DNA of 64,000 bases from Toensbergia leucococca. Lineage: Eukaryota. Under the pieces are notes generated by a model. It did no database searches. It saw nothing but the letters and a program-made list of their open reading frames with translations, and was not told where the DNA came from. The position numbers were made by a program, and so were the translations under genes. Positions 62,531-64,000 of this stretch are shown in pieces; positions within the stretch are counted from its first letter, which is position 1; the number at the start of each line of letters is the position of its first letter. The stretch spans positions 1 through 64,000 of the forward strand of contig JALDZS010000112.1 in assembly GCA_022813965.1 (NCBI GenBank), read 5' to 3'.

Positions 62531-63177
62531 CCTCCGACGGAACAAGATGACAAAGTCGCAACCAGGATCAGAATTTCGATGACAAGCTGCAAAAGCACTA
62601 TCGCATTTAGGTTCAGGAAAGGCTTCAGGTTCGAACAATGAAGGAGTATGCTATGTATGGGGTTGGTGCAAAGAGTGTTTGGCAGCTTCCCTTGTCGGTA
62701 GATGATTCTACGGAGTACAAGTTAAGTTAAGGTCGAAATCAGAAGCGAGAATTGGTTAATAAAAATAATTTATGAAATATAATTATTTAAATCGTTGTGT
62801 CTCAATTGTAATTACATCTCAGCAGCTCCAATGTGAGCGAACAACTTCCCTTAATTGCTACAGCTTCACAGCAACACTGACTCACCCCTTCTTATTCATA
62901 TCATCATGTCAAAAATACGTAAAAATTCTGTAGGGCTGAAATGTACCTAAGCAGGAAATGGACATGGTTGTCATATGTCAACGTCTGGGCGACTAGATTA
63001 TGCAACATAAATGGTCGTTTTGTAGAAATTGCCAGCTATTTCTAGGCTTCTTATACTACCAGAAGTGGAACGTTGACTGTCAAAATCCTCCTGACAATTT
63101 GACAAAAGTTGAAGAGGGGGAAATGCCACTTGGAAGAGCACCCTCGAGTAATTCACCATCTTCACCAGACAACCCCT

Positions 63178-64000
63178 CTATGAAAAGCTATCCACATCGT
63201 AAATCCGGTAGTGTTTCCTATCCTGAGCAAGAACGCAGGCGACCCGACGACCTTTTCGTCCGTTGATTTCCAGCCGTTCTGCACACCACGTGACACCCTC
63301 GGGAAATGTATGTTGAGCGCATCCAGGGATCTTTGTGAGATCTGGCAGGCCGGCTTCAAGAGCAGTGCAAACAGAAGATTCGGGCACGCACGCAGTGGTA
63401 CTGTCTCCTAAGGCTAATTTGGTGTACATTAGCCCGCCAGGATGACCCGCGGTGTTACGGTATGGAATACATAGCAGTCGTGAATGGGCTGCGGTAAGAG
63501 TGTTAGCAGCACAAAGGTATTTTTGGGTCGCCATAAGAGTACTACTGACGCTGCCCCGACAACGCCACGATCAACGAGTCATCGTCAACGAACTTCACGT
63601 CCACGACCTTTTCGAGGGATAATTGAACCAACGCATACTCAACACTCATTGTAGTACTAATTCCGTTCTCAATTTTCAGAATCACTCTATGTATCCAGAC
63701 TATACGCTTTCTTAGCACTGAAACAGGAGCCCGATGGGCGTAAATCTTACCTTTCTCTCTGTTTTCGAAGGGAACTGATGCCACATATGTCACACATACG
63801 TTTATCTCCCTAGCATGCTTGATCCACAGAAGATCAGCTTCATGGATCGTAGACTGCGAAGGGGAGTTTACTGACTTCATTTACCATCCTCATGTCTTTA
63901 CAGACTGGCACCCAATTCCCTAGATATATGGGAGCACCAAACCTGACATTTCTGCGCTGTGTCTCAGCTATTCTACCAGAGACTAGATTGCATTGCGCAT
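63178..64000 (-). CDS. APC4: 3' portion of anaphase-promoting complex subunit 4 (Apc4/Cut20), truncated by the window edge
   Basis: VVDVKFVDDDSLIV and C-terminal LEINGRKGRRVACVLAQDRKHYRIYD resemble the C-termini of filamentous-fungal Apc4. Exon structure is not fully resolved. Confidence 0.7.

Noticed and set aside
62755..62792. AT-rich inverted repeat upstream of KAP95
   Set aside because: Low complexity, so complementarity is expected by chance.

Overview
This window is gene-dense, intron-containing DNA from a filamentous ascomycete (Pezizomycotina; inferred from ~50-75 nt GT-AG introns with CTAAC/CTGAC branch points and from the gene content). I can support about 23 protein-coding genes. 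Most are housekeeping or conserved fungal genes: ATP12, a GNT1-like GT8, an OSH1/SWH1-like oxysterol-binding protein, a Cas1p-type O-acetyltransferase, a UBL membrane protein, PSD1, DRS1, a GNAT protein, ARL2, a DUF4045/gelsolin protein, SEC63, ALO1, an Xaa-Pro aminopeptidase, KAP95 and the 3' end of APC4. Accessory-type genes are interspersed: a TauD dioxygenase, a GT31, an Mx-like dynamin, an MFS transporter and a secreted Cys-rich protein. The least expected observations are: (1) a tandem pair of 76-aa Cys-rich microproteins with a shared MC..Y..CG..W..C..C..KCDxC..GGLL pattern and similar core promoters; (2) a 668-bp foldback MITE with long, nested inverted repeats and an ambiguous target-site duplication (TA or GAA); (3) a 78-bp pure-hairpin element flanked by a 9-bp direct repeat upstream of SEC63; (4) a cluster of TGASTCA (Gcn4/CpcA/AP-1 type) sites in front of an unknown small gene; (5) a probable GC-AG intron. 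I found no rRNA, convincing tRNA or CRISPR array. All family assignments come from motif recognition by eye, not from database searches, and exon boundaries are manual predictions.
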